From NCBI GenBank assembly GCA_043228905.1, contig JBHGNT010000020.1, forward strand, positions 14,322,001 through 14,386,000: 64,000 nt of DNA, written 5' to 3'. Below, piece by piece: positions 36,286-49,500 of this stretch. The stretch's first letter is position 1. Each line of letters opens with the position of its first letter. Origin of the DNA: Azolla caroliniana. Taxonomy: Eukaryota; Plantae; Polypodiophyta. The notes below the pieces were generated by a model, which had not been told where the DNA came from, did no database searches, and was given only the letters and a program-made list of their open reading frames with translations. Position numbers and translations under genes: made by a program.

Positions 36286-39200
36286 TTCATGATGAAACAT
36301 AGAGCAAACTCTATGCTGGCCTCTACCTCAACTAATGCCTCTGGTCCGGAAGACGTATGGTTCATTGATTCCGGTGCCTCGAACCATATGACATCGCATC
36401 AAGAATGGTTCCTAGAACTTTGAGAGTTGGACCGACCCGGCGATGTCGAAACCGGAGACGACACTATGCACCCGATTCGGCACATCGACAATGTTCAGGT
36501 AAGCAAAATTACATTAAAAATGTCTTGCATGTACCAACCATTACGAAGAATTTGGTCTCCATCGGCCAAATTGTAGAGCAAGGGATACAAGTTCGATTTA
36601 ATCAAGGCGGTTGCTTCATCGAAAAAGAGGGCCGACTCATCGCTTGGGGATGAAGAGAGGGCCAAATGTTCATTCTCGACTCACACGAGATGAAATCGGC
36701 CATGTTCACAAAGGGCAGGAAAGCCGATTCCGACATAAAGTTATGGCACAAGTGGATTGGCCATATCAACCTCCAAAAGTTCAAGGCAATGCAATCGAAA
36801 GGAGTCGTCATCGGGCTCCCGACATTCACGGAGAAAGAGATTGAAGGCGTGTGTGTTGCTTGCCAATTTGGCAAGCCACATCAGCACCCATTTCCAAAGG
36901 AGCAGAATGTGAGCAAAGGCGTACTCGACGTAATTCATTCCGACGTATGGGGACCGGCGTAGACGGCTACATTCAGCGGATGCCAATATTACGTGCTCTT
37001 CATCGACGACTTCTCCAGGCACACTTGGATCTACCCGATGTGGCAAAAGAGCGAAGTGTTCAGACACTTCCAAACATTCAAGAATGAAATCGAGAAAGCC
37101 ACGGGCCGACATGTACGTTGTCTCCGATCGGATGGCGGCAAGGAGTACTTCTCGGACGATTTCACGGCGTATCTCCGAAAGGAAGGAATTCGTCGAGAAT
37201 TCACTTGCCAACACACTCCACAACAAAATGGAGTAGCGGAGCGCAAAAATCGGCACATCCTCGAAGTAGCGCGGGCCATGATGAATGAGAAGCAGATGCC
37301 CAAGTCATATTGGGCCAAAGCTGCAAATACGCTTGTCTACCTAATGAACCATTACACAACATCCGGCATGCACGAGGTCACTCTGCACGAAAAATACTTC
37401 GGAAAGAAGCCGGACTTATCGCACACCCGGATATTCGGCACGATAGCGTATGTGCACATCCCCAACGAGAAGCATCAAAAGCACGACCCGAAGTCCAAGA
37501 AATGTATCCTCGTAGGATACTCATTGGAGCAAAAGGGGTACAAGTGCTACAACCCCTCAACTCGAAAATCTCGAGTAAGTCAAGATGTTGTTTTTGATGA
37601 GTCCGCATCCTAGTACGCACCAGAGACAACTCCGACTCTGACTCCGCTTGACCCGGAATCCGCCGAACAAGAGATAGAGGATGAAGATCTCCTTATGCGC
37701 ATGTTCAAAGCAGACCACAAGAGCCTTTGAGCGATCAAAGCACATCACGGCCTAGCCTGAAGATGGACAAAGGCAAGGCGAAAATGTCCGACTACGAAGA
37801 CGATCGCTTCGACGATGATGAGTCGACTTACTCACTCGAGAGTGAGTTCGGCGGCTTCGATGTACCAATCGGAGCTAAGAAAGCCCTCATCTCTACAAAT
37901 GAAAAGCTCCTTCACTCCACCCGTGAAAAGAATCCGGTCAGCCGATTCGGCTACAACGACTACATGGCATATCACTATGCCTTTATGATGAAGGTGGCAA
38001 CAGTACGCGAGCCGGAAACATTTTCCGAATCAGCCAAGGATCCGCGATGGATCAAAGCCATGAACAAGGAGATGCAAGCACTACGCAAGAATAAGACGTG
38101 GGATCTCGTTCCCATCTCACCACACAAAAGGGTGATTGGATGCAGATGGATTTATAAAGTGAAGTACAACATCGATGGTTCCGTCAACCGCTACAAAGCG
38201 CGACTCGTAGCGAAAGGTTATGCCCAAACACACGGAGTTGACTACGAGGAGACCTTTGCCCCGGTGGCAAAGATGACAACGGTACGGACCATAATTGTGC
38301 TTGCCGCAGCGAAAGGGTGGCACCTCCATCAAATGGACGTCAAGAACGCCTTTCTACAAGGTGAATTAGAAGAGGAGGTGTACATGATACAACCACCAGG
38401 CTTCGAATCGCGCATTCATCCAAAAGCCGTATGCCAACTCAAGAAGCCACTCTACGGCCTCAAACAAGCACCGCGTGCTTGGCATTCGAAGATAACGCAA
38501 TATCTTCATCAAATTGGCTTCCGTGTGTCAAAATCGGACAACTCACTCTACATACGAAGCGATTCCGTAAGTCCGCTCGTCGTCATCTTATATGTGGATG
38601 ACCTAGTCATTGGAGGTGAGCATCTCGTCGAAATCAATAAAGTCAAATCCCTCGTGTCCGACAAGTTCGAGATGACGGACATGCAGGAGCTCCACTACTT
38701 CCTCAGCATCGAGGTAATTCGGACTCCAGCCAGAATCATGTTCTCTCAATGGCACTACATCCTCAACTTGTTATACAAGTTCGGGATGGCTGAGTGCAAA
38801 TCCGCAGCAACTCCGCTCGATCGCAATCTCAAACTAGATGCGAACTCCGGTACCAAAGTGTGTGAACCGACTTAGTATCGGTAACTCATCGGGAGTCTCA
38901 TCTACCTCACAATCACTCGACCCAATCTCAGTTATCCGGTCGGTCTCCTTAGTCAATTCATGCAAACACCGCGTGATACTCACTTGGATTGCGCTAAGCG
39001 AGTTCTACGATACGTGAGCGGCACAATGGATTGCGGCATCCTCTACAAGACCGTGATGCCAATACCCCTCAAGGGGTACACAAACGCCGATTGGGACGGC
39101 TACAAAGCTGATAGAAGATCAACCTCCGGATTTGTTTTCTCCCTCGGCAACGAAGCAATATCCTAAAGCAGCAAAAAGCAACAAACCGTCGCTCTTTTGA

Positions 39201-40438
39201 GCACAAAGGCAGAATACAGGGGCGTGGCAGTGGCCGCATGTGAAGCCGTATGGCTGAAAAGGATACTCAAGGATCTGGGCATACCCATCAAGGATCCGAC
39301 TTCCCTTTACTGCGACAACATGAGCAGTATCTATCTGGCTCAGAACCTGGTGTTGCACGCGCAGACAAAGTACATCGAAGTGCACTATCACTTCATCCGA
39401 GAGCGCATTCTAGCTGGTGATGTCGACCTACAACACATTAGCACAAATCTTCAAACGGCCGACATCTTCACTAAAGCCTTAGGAGCCGACAAGGTGTGGC
39501 AATTCATGACCGATCTCGGATTGACGATCCCTGATCTGCCAAGCTTGAGGGGGAGTACTGAAGACACTACGCAATAATGCGTAGATTCCGCACTACGCAA
39601 TAATGTGTGGATTCTGCAACCGCGCAACGAAGCCGCGAAGACGCGAAGAGCCGATCTACCACGCAAAGTTGTGAAGAATGACGCAAGCCGAAGCACTGAC
39701 TTTGCAACTCCGCACAATGCAAGCTGGAGCACGGATCCCGCAACTCCGCATAAATGCGAGTCGACGCGGACTTCGGAACACGAGTCGAAGCAGATTTTGG
39801 ATACCGTCTGAAATTGAGCCGACTTGGGCTTGAGGGGGCGTGGTGAGAATCAAGCTCAACTTGGTCTAGTGTGTGAACTCACCTTGAGAGTGAATAGACA
39901 CTCCACTAGTCAAGAGTCACCATTATGTCACCACTTTGTATTCTAGCATTTAGTATGAGTCATAGAATCATATTCTATGACACATAACTTATGAGCCTAA
40001 ACCCTTCCCCATGCTCCATGAGTCTTGTAGTTAATGAAGAGAGAGGGTGACTATATAAAACACCCTCCTCCCACCATGTATAATGTTGTGTCTTTCTCTT
40101 TTGTGAATATTATCTACCTTGCGTATACTCTGTGTATCACTCATTGTCTCTCTCTCTCACACACTCTCTCTCTCTCATACACACACAGTTCGCACCTATT
40201 CCGCTACACAATAATCACACTCGATTCTTTACACCGACTGTGAGAGAAAAGAAGACCGATGGAGTTTCGGTCAACAAGAGTTTTTGGCATGGGCTTGTGG
40301 GTTCAACGTTGTCGTGTGGTTTTTCACACACGATATGAAAACTAGTAAAATAATTATTTAAGATTAACTTAATGGTTTAATATGGAAAGATAGGTGTCTT
40401 CAAGAGCTTCATAACGCATTTTACTACACATGAAACGG

Positions 40439-41102
40439 TGTCGTGATGTGGCATGTCTAGTGCGAGAAAAAGTCAAAAATTGAGGATCCACACACATTTC
40501 ACGAATACTTGTAAAAATGAAAATAAATAAACCTAGGTCACAATGGCATTGAGTGCATGTAGAGGGTTGCAAGTAGGATTTGAACCTTGCACCTCTAAGA
40601 TAAGAGGCAATTACCTTACCACTAAAGCTACTACTAAGTGCTTTAGATGTTCTATATTTCTTTCTCATATTCAGTATTCCGTAGGAAACAAACGAACAAA
40701 ATTGTGTACACAAAACCACGGTTTTAAGCCCATGGTTTCCTGCATGTCACTAAGCAAAACTGTGTGCATAGAAACCATGGCTCCAAGCCCATGGTTTTGT
40801 GCATGGACAAACCTATAAAACCCCTAGTACCGCTTGTGTAAAGGGGGGGGCTCAATATGATATGACCATCATCATCACCATCAATAATATAAGCTTCTAT
40901 TTCTTCTTCTTTGCATCTATCTTGTAATTATTTATCTACTTCTCAAGTGTACAATCTTCAATCTTCTCAAGTCTAATAGGTCTTCCTCCAATCTTACATT
41001 TACATCTTCTTCTTCTCAATACCTTGACGGACATCCTCCTTGGTCCAAGACCCCAGTGGTCCCGCTCAAGCAAAGCACGCTCGCACGCGCATCTTCGCGA
41101 GA
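40439..41102 (+). mobile_element. Gypsy solo LTR (family X) nested in the 40310-42525 LTR
   Basis: Perfect TSD ACGG, termini TGTCGTGA...TCGCGAGA, homologous to 11111-11438 inverted, TATAAAA at 40814. Confidence 0.88.
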
Positions 41103-41304
41103 ACGGATAAATAAGTATCAAGTTATGTGAATATGAAGTTTGAGAAGATAAGGAAAATAGAATTGTGAAATATCCCACATAGATAGGAAACTTTAGGATC
41201 CATCTATATAAGCAAATTGAGAACTATTAGTTTTCATCTATATGTTGAGAGCACAAAAGGAATGGTTAGACTTGGACCAATTTGTCTACATGGACAAATG
41301 TGAC

Positions 41305-42090
41305 TAAGGAATCGGATATCGGAAACTAGAAACCAGATGCAGTCGGCAACCAGAAACCAGATGGAGTTGGCGACCGGATAGAACCGGCAGCAAAATCGGG
41401 AACCGGAAATCAGATGGAGCAGGCAATCGGAAACCAGAAACTAGAAACTGGACGGAGCCAGCAACGAAGTTGGGAACCGGAACCGGCAACCGGCGACCAA
41501 TCGGAAGGAGTTGGCAATCGGCAACCGGACGGCGATGGATTGGAAACCGGACAGAGCCAGCGACGAAGTTGGGAACCGGAACCGGATGATGACGGAACCG
41601 GCAACTAGTGACCAATCGGACGGAGCCAACAATCGGCAACCGGACGGGGATGGACTGGAAACCATACGAAGCTGGCGACAAAGTTGGGAACTGGAACCGG
41701 ATGACGACGGAACCGGCAACCGGTGACCAATTGGACGGAGCCAACAACCGGCAATTGGCAACTAGACGGCGATGGAACAGAAACTGGACGCGGACCTGAC
41801 GGATCGGATGGGCAACGGTTGAGATGGACGGATGATAGGATCATGTGGCGAATTAAAGTAAAGTAAAGGCGAAGTGGACGCATGCAACTGAAGTTGGAGG
41901 GCATGCATAAAGTAAAGGTCATGTGAAAGGCATGCAAAGAAAAGAGGGAGGCCATGCATAAAGTAAAGGTCATGTGGAAGGAAGCAACTTAAAAAGGAGG
42001 CCATGCAACTAAAAGTAAAGAGGAAGCAACTAAAAATAAAGGCCAAGCAACTAAAAATGGAGGCCATGCAACTAAAAGGGAATGCAAGAT
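41305..42090. repeat. AACCGG-rich ~100-115-bp tandem array (41305-41830) and ~21-bp GCAACTAAAA array (41880-42090)
   Basis: Three copies of GAAGTTGGGAACCGGAACCGG...GACCAATCGGA...GGATTGGAAACC are visible. Confidence 0.85.
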
Positions 42091-43585
42091 GCAAACTAGA
42101 GTTCCTCATGGAACTGTATCTTCGAGTGGGGGAAAAAAACTCTAAGCCTAATTATCTTAGAAAAAGAAAAACCTAATTATCTTATGGAATCCATCTCTCG
42201 AGGAAACCCTAATCCTAATTTCCTTATAGAAGCCGAAATGCCAAATTTTCTGAAGGGCCATAAACCCTAATTTTCCATACGGAAGCTATATCTCTCAAAA
42301 ACCCTAATTTCTTATCAAAGCAAAAACCCTAATTTTCCTATCGAATCCATATCTCCGTTTCTTCTAATCTATTATTCTATTAATCTTTGTAAGCTTAAAA
42401 TTTTGTAATCCCAATCTTGGGATAGATTGTAATCTTTCTTTCCCTTTGTTAATGAAATTTGTCAATCTTTCTCATTTCTATTAATTCTTTGAAAGGCCTC
42501 GGGGTCCTGCCTCAAGTTCACAACAACGTGCAACGCACTGTCCCACACGCGTGCCAAGTGTTACCCATATAGGTGTATGGGAGGGTTAAGGTGTAATGTG
42601 TATGGTGTTAAATGTGTAAGGTGTGTAATGTGTAATATGAATGAGTATGTGTATGAACACATGCACATTTGTGTGCATGTCTACAAAGGTGAGAAAATGG
42701 GTAAGTAATGTAACTCCCTACTTGTCTCATTCTTTATTTGTAACGGTTCCCTCTTGTACTATATAAGCCCCTGATGGGGCATGTAATGCAATATATCTTT
42801 TCTCCCTCTCAATTTTGTGTCATTTCCTATTTCTCTCTCTCTCTCTCTCTCTCACACACATGTAATTCCCCTTGGGAGGGGGGTGAGGTCATTTTAGCCT
42901 TCACCCCCCACCCATTAACAGTTTTTTCCTAGACACCATGTTGCCACATCCTTTCAATGTTGCAACAGTCATAGCCTAGCTCTTATATAAACGGGATTAA
43001 GTTGTTGAGTTTGGCTTGTGTCATACAAGTCATGGTGGAAAGCTTAACAAATACTTGAAAAGGATTTAACCTACATTTCAATATGCTAATAGTAGTTTTG
43101 TCCCAAACCGGCTTGGTTTGGTTTGGTTCGATTCAAGTTTGAGAACCCCAAAACGGTTTAGGCTTAACCGTTTTCGTTTGGATAAGACCAAACTGGTTAA
43201 GCCTAAACTGAACTGTTGAAGACTTACACATTGTGTAAATCATCTCACCAATATGGTATAATAACTGATTGATAATACCTACACAAGCTTGATAAATTAA
43301 TAAAACCAACGTAAAGAATATTAAGAAAACTACAATCTATTCATCACATACGCTCTCCTCCCAACAACTTGATCTCAAAATTATTCTTAATACATTAAAG
43401 GTGCTTAATGAATTGATGAAGTTAAGCACAACAATGTTTCGAAATGGATATTCACCCAATTGAGTATAATAAATATAATGAATTTTATGACTAAAGAATA
43501 TTTTACTTCGAAGTAAAAAACAACATATTTATGTATAGATTATGCATATACATGTAAGTTTCAATGTAAAAAACAACATTATTCA

Positions 43586-46500
43586 TCATCGAACTTGTAG
43601 AAGTGAATAGACTGATGAAACTTCGGTAGTGTTCCACGACAAGGATTCATGACTAGATTCCATTGCTATGGCTTCACTTAGGTCGTTACAAACAACATTC
43701 ATAGTAGGTCTCTTTGCCCCTTCAAATTGGACGCATGTCATGGCAACCTCTGCAACTTTCCATATAGATGATAAATTATATTTATTTTCAAGTCGTTCAT
43801 CAACAATGTTTTCTATAATCCCTCGCTCGTACGCCGGTCTTACCTATCCAACAATAAAATATGTACAAAGTTTCTTCAAAATTTCCTCAACTATCATGTA
43901 TTTGTTTGATGATTAGTTATATCATACCCATTCCACAATGTGGACATTGTCTCCATTTTCTATTTCTGTATCTTTCAAGATGGGTGGTTGTCCACATAAA
44001 GCTTCCAAAAGAACCACCCCAAAGCTATATATATCAATCTTCTCTGTCAATTGTAGTGTGGACGCGTACCTATGATATAAAAGTGAACATAGAAGAGCAT
44101 TGAAACATGAGGCGTTTTGGGGGGGATTTCTTTTATGAACTAAAAATATATAAAAAAGACCCCTATTAAAGACCAAATTTAAATTTAAATTATGATATGA
44201 GAATAAAATAGACAAGTAAAATAAACCATTGCTTCTTCTCTTTTCTTTTCCAGAAGTAAAGAACAATAAAGCCTAACTATAATATTCAAGTAATTCTTCA
44301 CCACAACGTTTACTTTCAAATCCTTTGTCTATAATATTAATGTTTTTTGCCTTCTCACGATTATAAGCTGAAAGACTTACTCTGGATCGAAGTACCCCAG
44401 AGTACCAATTATCCTTGTTGCAATGTTATCTGAATCAACGGACTTGAGTTTAGATATTCCAAAGTCAGACACCTTCCCTTCAAGATTTTTAGATAATAAA
44501 ATATTGCTACTCTTCACATCTCTATGAATGATGTTACATCCATGGTGTAGGTACGCAAGTCCTATATAAAAAAGACATCATTTCAACACAAAATATGCAA
44601 TTATGGTATAAAAATGGTAGAATATGAAAAATTCCTTACCTTGTGCGGCATGCGATAAAATTTGTAATCTCTCAAGCCATGTTAGAGTTTGTGCTGCTTT
44701 TCTTCCTTTTGTAATGAATAAAGAAACAAACATTTTTAAATGTAAAGTCACCCTTAAGTGAATAATGTTGTTACATCTTGACATAACTACATCATTATAG
44801 TTTCTTCAATACCACAAATCGAGTTCATTTTAGGAGATTCTAAAAACACCCCGAACTTAATCACTTGTGGAGACATTGTATAGGGGATCATTCTTTTTAA
44901 TGATGTTAAAATACTATCCTAAAGATTCCCAATATATTATATTGATCAAATCTATAATATGAGGTTTTTAGTGACAAAGGATTCTAAGCTTACAATTAGG
45001 GACCAATGTGGGCAAATGAAAATTAAGTGTAGATTATCTTACTCGATAGGGCATCGTACAATGAACCATTTGACATAAATTCATAAACCAACACTAGAGA
45101 TTCCTTGATACAATAGCCCTCAAATCCAACAAGGTTTTTGTGGTGCACACGAGAGAGAAGAGTGACCTAAAATTCAAAAGAAAAAGTTAGTGTTGCAAAA
45201 TTATGAGAAGAATAACATACAATTCCGAACAAGAAGTTAGCATACCAAAATTACAAACCTAACATAAAATGTAGTATATTGACATTATATTTATTTGGTG
45301 ATCACTCTATTGAATTAAGTTTCTCAATGTAGTGAATTACATTACTCACTAAAACTTGAAGAAAAGTACATGGATCTAAAGTAAATTTAATCACTCTATT
45401 GAATTACATTACTGACTAAAACTTGAATAGAAGTACATGGATCAGTTGCTTAAGTTTCCATCCACAAAACAAAGAAAATATTCCCTTTAAATGTACAGAA
45501 ATCAAATACCTCATTCAGAAATTCTTGTGGTCCTTGCGTTGAGGTGCTTGATAATATTTTAATGGCGACTTCTAAACCATTTGGAAGATTTCCCTTGTAT
45601 ACCGGACCAAAACCACCTTGACCAAGCACCTTTGAGAAGTTATTCGTTGCCATTTGGATATCTTCGAAAGTGAATTGCTGAGCGACTTTAGTAGCATTTT
45701 TTATATCTTCTGTATTAATATTGACTGCAGATGAAATAAAATGATATTATCTTCGGTCCAAAACTTGAATTGTACAATTCTTTGAAACGATTATTTCTAT
45801 ATTAAAGTGAAATGTAAATGAAGAGTCCATATCATGGATAAAACGTAAAAGAAAATAAAGCCTTTCATAACATTAAGGATAATTAAACAACATACCAGAA
45901 GGATCTCGGTGCTTATCATGTGCAGGATGTGTGGGAGTTTGAGGTTGCAGTAGTTTTATTTCATGTATATTGTGATTTGCTCGAGTGTTCCTCCGATTGA
46001 AGAAACATAGAATTGCTAATATGATGATGATCAATAATAGAACTCCACCAGTAATGAAACCGATCATACGTTTTTTGTATTTTCATGATGAAGGGGAACT
46101 TCCACAACATACAAAGCTATTCCCATCGTAACTAAAAATCGAAAAAACTTCAAACTACTTGTCACTGCATTCATTTTTAATTATGATGATTTCAATCTAA
46201 TATAATAAAACACATTTCAGAACAGAAATTCACAGTTTTCTTTACTGTGTTTATTAACCAAGGTATGCACATTTTATATGTAATCCACATTCTATGTTGA
46301 AATACCAAGGTAAGTATATTTTATAATATATTTTTCTAATGGAATGTCTCAGATGTACATGCTAATGGTAATGGTTAAACGCAATCTTGCATAAATAACG
46401 AGAAACTCAGCCATTTTACAATACTCTCCCAATTTCTGTGGTTCTCAATCATGTAACGACTCTTATCACTAGAAACCTAACAATCGCCATCAAATCCCAT

Positions 46501-49500
46501 ATAATTTTGGTAGTTCACTACATTACCAAAAACATGTCATATTACCATGCAGAATTAGATTGTCACAATTGTAGATTCAGTGGCATACTTCTGAATTAAT
46601 ATAGGCTCAAGTATATTTAAAAACAAGGTAGCCTACCTGAACTGGAGTACTCCTAATGATTGTCTTTGTAGGAGCATTTCTGGTATTGTCCCACTAAAGT
46701 TGTTGTTGGATAAGTTACTGAAAAATCAGATCAACATATTGAAGTATTTTGAAAATACGTCACCATAACAAAAATTTGAAGAAAGTTGTGACAAATTTGA
46801 AGAAAATAAATTGGATGTCGGGATACTTACAGATATGCTAATTTCGGCAAATTTGAAAGTGAGGCAGGGATTGGACCGCTCAAATTGTTATTGCTTAAAT
46901 CCCTACACATTTAATTATGTAAGATGTGATGATCAGATGCAAGTTAATACTTAAGTCATCTCTAGTTATGCAAACTTGTGTTAAAATATCTTCTGTTTAC
47001 GTTTACTTTATGTATACATACTAGTACTAATTACTTCGGATAGTCCATACATCATAAAAAAAGAATGTCCCTAAATATGAACAATTACTACAATAAATTG
47101 TAGTATATAAATTAACGGTACTGGGTCAAAAGAGATCTTCTTACAAGGTGACAAGCTGATCCAGGTTACTGATGCTCGATGAAAGATTCCCCACCAGACT
47201 ATAGTTTGATAACAATCTGCAGGAATATGAAACAATGCCACAATTAGCTTCACAGAAAGACAAGAAATTGTAAAATCACAATTAGCTTCAGACACACATC
47301 GATGTTACTCTAGCAGGTTTTTGTGGGTTTGAATAATCACAATCGATCCACGAATACTTATATTTTTTCGGTAGGCATGGGTCCCCGATAAAACTTCCCA
47401 AGGTTGCGAATAAATCTTGTAGCGCGGTAACTGTTTAGAAGTTGATCAAACAAACATGTAGAAGTTGAATAATGTAAATGAATGATCTGTCTGTGTGTGG
47501 AGTGCAATTGTACATACCATCGGAGGAGGAGGTGGGGGTGGTGGCATTCATGGGGTTGTCAAACAGCTCCAAGACTTCGAAGCCAGCAATCGAAGCAGGA
47601 TATGGTGAGTTCGATTCAGTGTTGACAACAATTATGATGTTATCGGAATATGGTGTGGGTGCATCACTGTTGTACTGAAACCCTTTATACAGGCCTGGAG
47701 CCTGGTTGTAGAGGTCTACATGTTTTGCAAACACATCCCCATTGACAGTGATATTGAACATTCGTTGTCCGGAAGCATTGACGCGTGGATCGATCTCAGC
47801 GAAGAAGAATATCATGTAGTACTCGTGGCTGTCTGTGATTGTAGCTGCAGTCAAGACATCCCCTAATTCTTTTAAGTTCACAATGAAATCAGTTTGAAAG
47901 AGACTGGTCCGCATTACGGCCATGGGAGGATAATCAAGCATGTCATTCACCCCCACATCCAGGTCAGTCTGTGTCACATTGTTCCGTACGTCCGAATATC
48001 TCCACCAGAACCTATCAAAGGCGTCATCTGGATACCTGCACAAACCTCCACACTAGCTAGCTTCCTTAGCATTCTAGTTCAAGTTTCTATAATCAAAAAA
48101 AAAGTAGCCGACCTTAGGATTCGTGGGTTATCCGACAGGGTGCCGTAGTCGTCTCGAAACAACATGCGCATCGCGTGGTTGGTGTTGTTGATCATGGCTG
48201 TTGACGACATTGTTGAAGGGAGCGGACGCAACTCCAGCGAGTTTATGAATGGCGCGTCGCTCGTGTCAGATGCCGCCGACAGACACACCGACACGAAAGA
48301 CGTTTGTGCACGAATGTGCATCTCTTCAAACCAAGGATGCTCCTGGGGTAGGCCAATTACGATCTTCACTCCTTCGTAGTTGTCCACAATCACGTGAAAG
48401 CTGATTTGATCCGTCACACGCTTCTGGTAGGTCGTTGATGCGAGGCCGGACCAGAACGTGGCACGGATCAAGTAGTAGTCTCCGGCTATGGCAGGCAGGG
48501 TGTAGCAGAACTTGCTCTGGTTCAGAATAGTGGTGGGGAAATAGCGCATACTGGCGTACTGACTCTCATTACTCATGCTGGAGTAGTACGGAATGGGGAG
48601 TGGGTTAACAGTCGTGCTGGCAGACCATTTCCCAATGTCCGGCCAAAGCGTGGTGTCTGGCGTCCAAATGACGTCCATCCCTGTCAATGGGTTGGTGTAG
48701 TTGGACACGGCGGATGATCCACAATCTATACTCAGGAACCCCGCTGCAGTATAAACATTAATGAATAAATCAGAAGAGAGTTACAAGTAAGTTGCATGAA
48801 TATAGGAAGGAATACCCACAGGCTCCTTGAGCCAGAAAAGAAAGAAAGAAAGAAAGAAAGAAAGGTGTATTAACGTCTTCTAAGGCCAAATTTGGCCCAT
48901 GAGACAATTGGTTTACAACAATAGAGTATTTATCCAGTCATCATAACTAAAAATAAAATTAAGTAAAAAAAAAATAGAACTTAAACTAAAAGAGTTCTAG
49001 TAGTGTACAATATGTAGTATACTCGAAAGTGACCATACACTAAGCCTAATTTTATTTCCACCCAAGCCTCTCGAAAAGAAGTGGGGGGTCAAAGGGTCTT
49101 GATGTGGGTTCCAATGTAGAGAGTGCCCTAGCCATGGCTTCTAGGCGGTGTAGCTCACGTTCCCTTATTTTCAATATTGCGTCCACATCACGTTGAGTTG
49201 TTTTGAAACCCGGCACCCGAGGACGTCTGGTTCTTCTCTGGTTTTCTGCCTCATCAATGGAAAGGCCGAGTGGTGCAAGTGTGTCGGCATTCGTTGTCTC
49301 CTCAGGTTCCTGAAAAACTGCATTTGTTACATGTTCGTGATCATTAGCAGCATTATTGTCAACATTTTGTAATTTATTCTCTCTGTGTTGTTTTAGTTCT
49401 AGAATGTATTTGCCTAATTTCTTTATATCTAGGGTATCTAATAGTTTGGGGAGGGTGGGAGACGGACCAAGTATGTCTTGGTATTTTGCCCTTATCTCGG

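Larger units (their letters stand above)
32005..40233 (+). mobile_element. Full-length decayed Ty1/Copia element E (contains a nested Gypsy)
   Basis: Similar LTRs 32005-32392 and 39841-40233, perfect TSD CCGAC, PBS TGGTATCAAAG at 32393, PPT 39831-39840. Gag 32545-33326, protease WFIDSGASNHM, integrase 36666-37613, RT 37727-38875 (LYVDD), RNase H 38960-39577. Confidence 0.96.
40310..42525 (+). mobile_element. Gypsy solo LTR (related to 13101-14451) with a nested solo LTR and internal minisatellites
   Basis: TGTCGTG...CACAACA termini and perfect TSD ACGT. The start is the reverse complement of 14330-14451. Confidence 0.88.
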
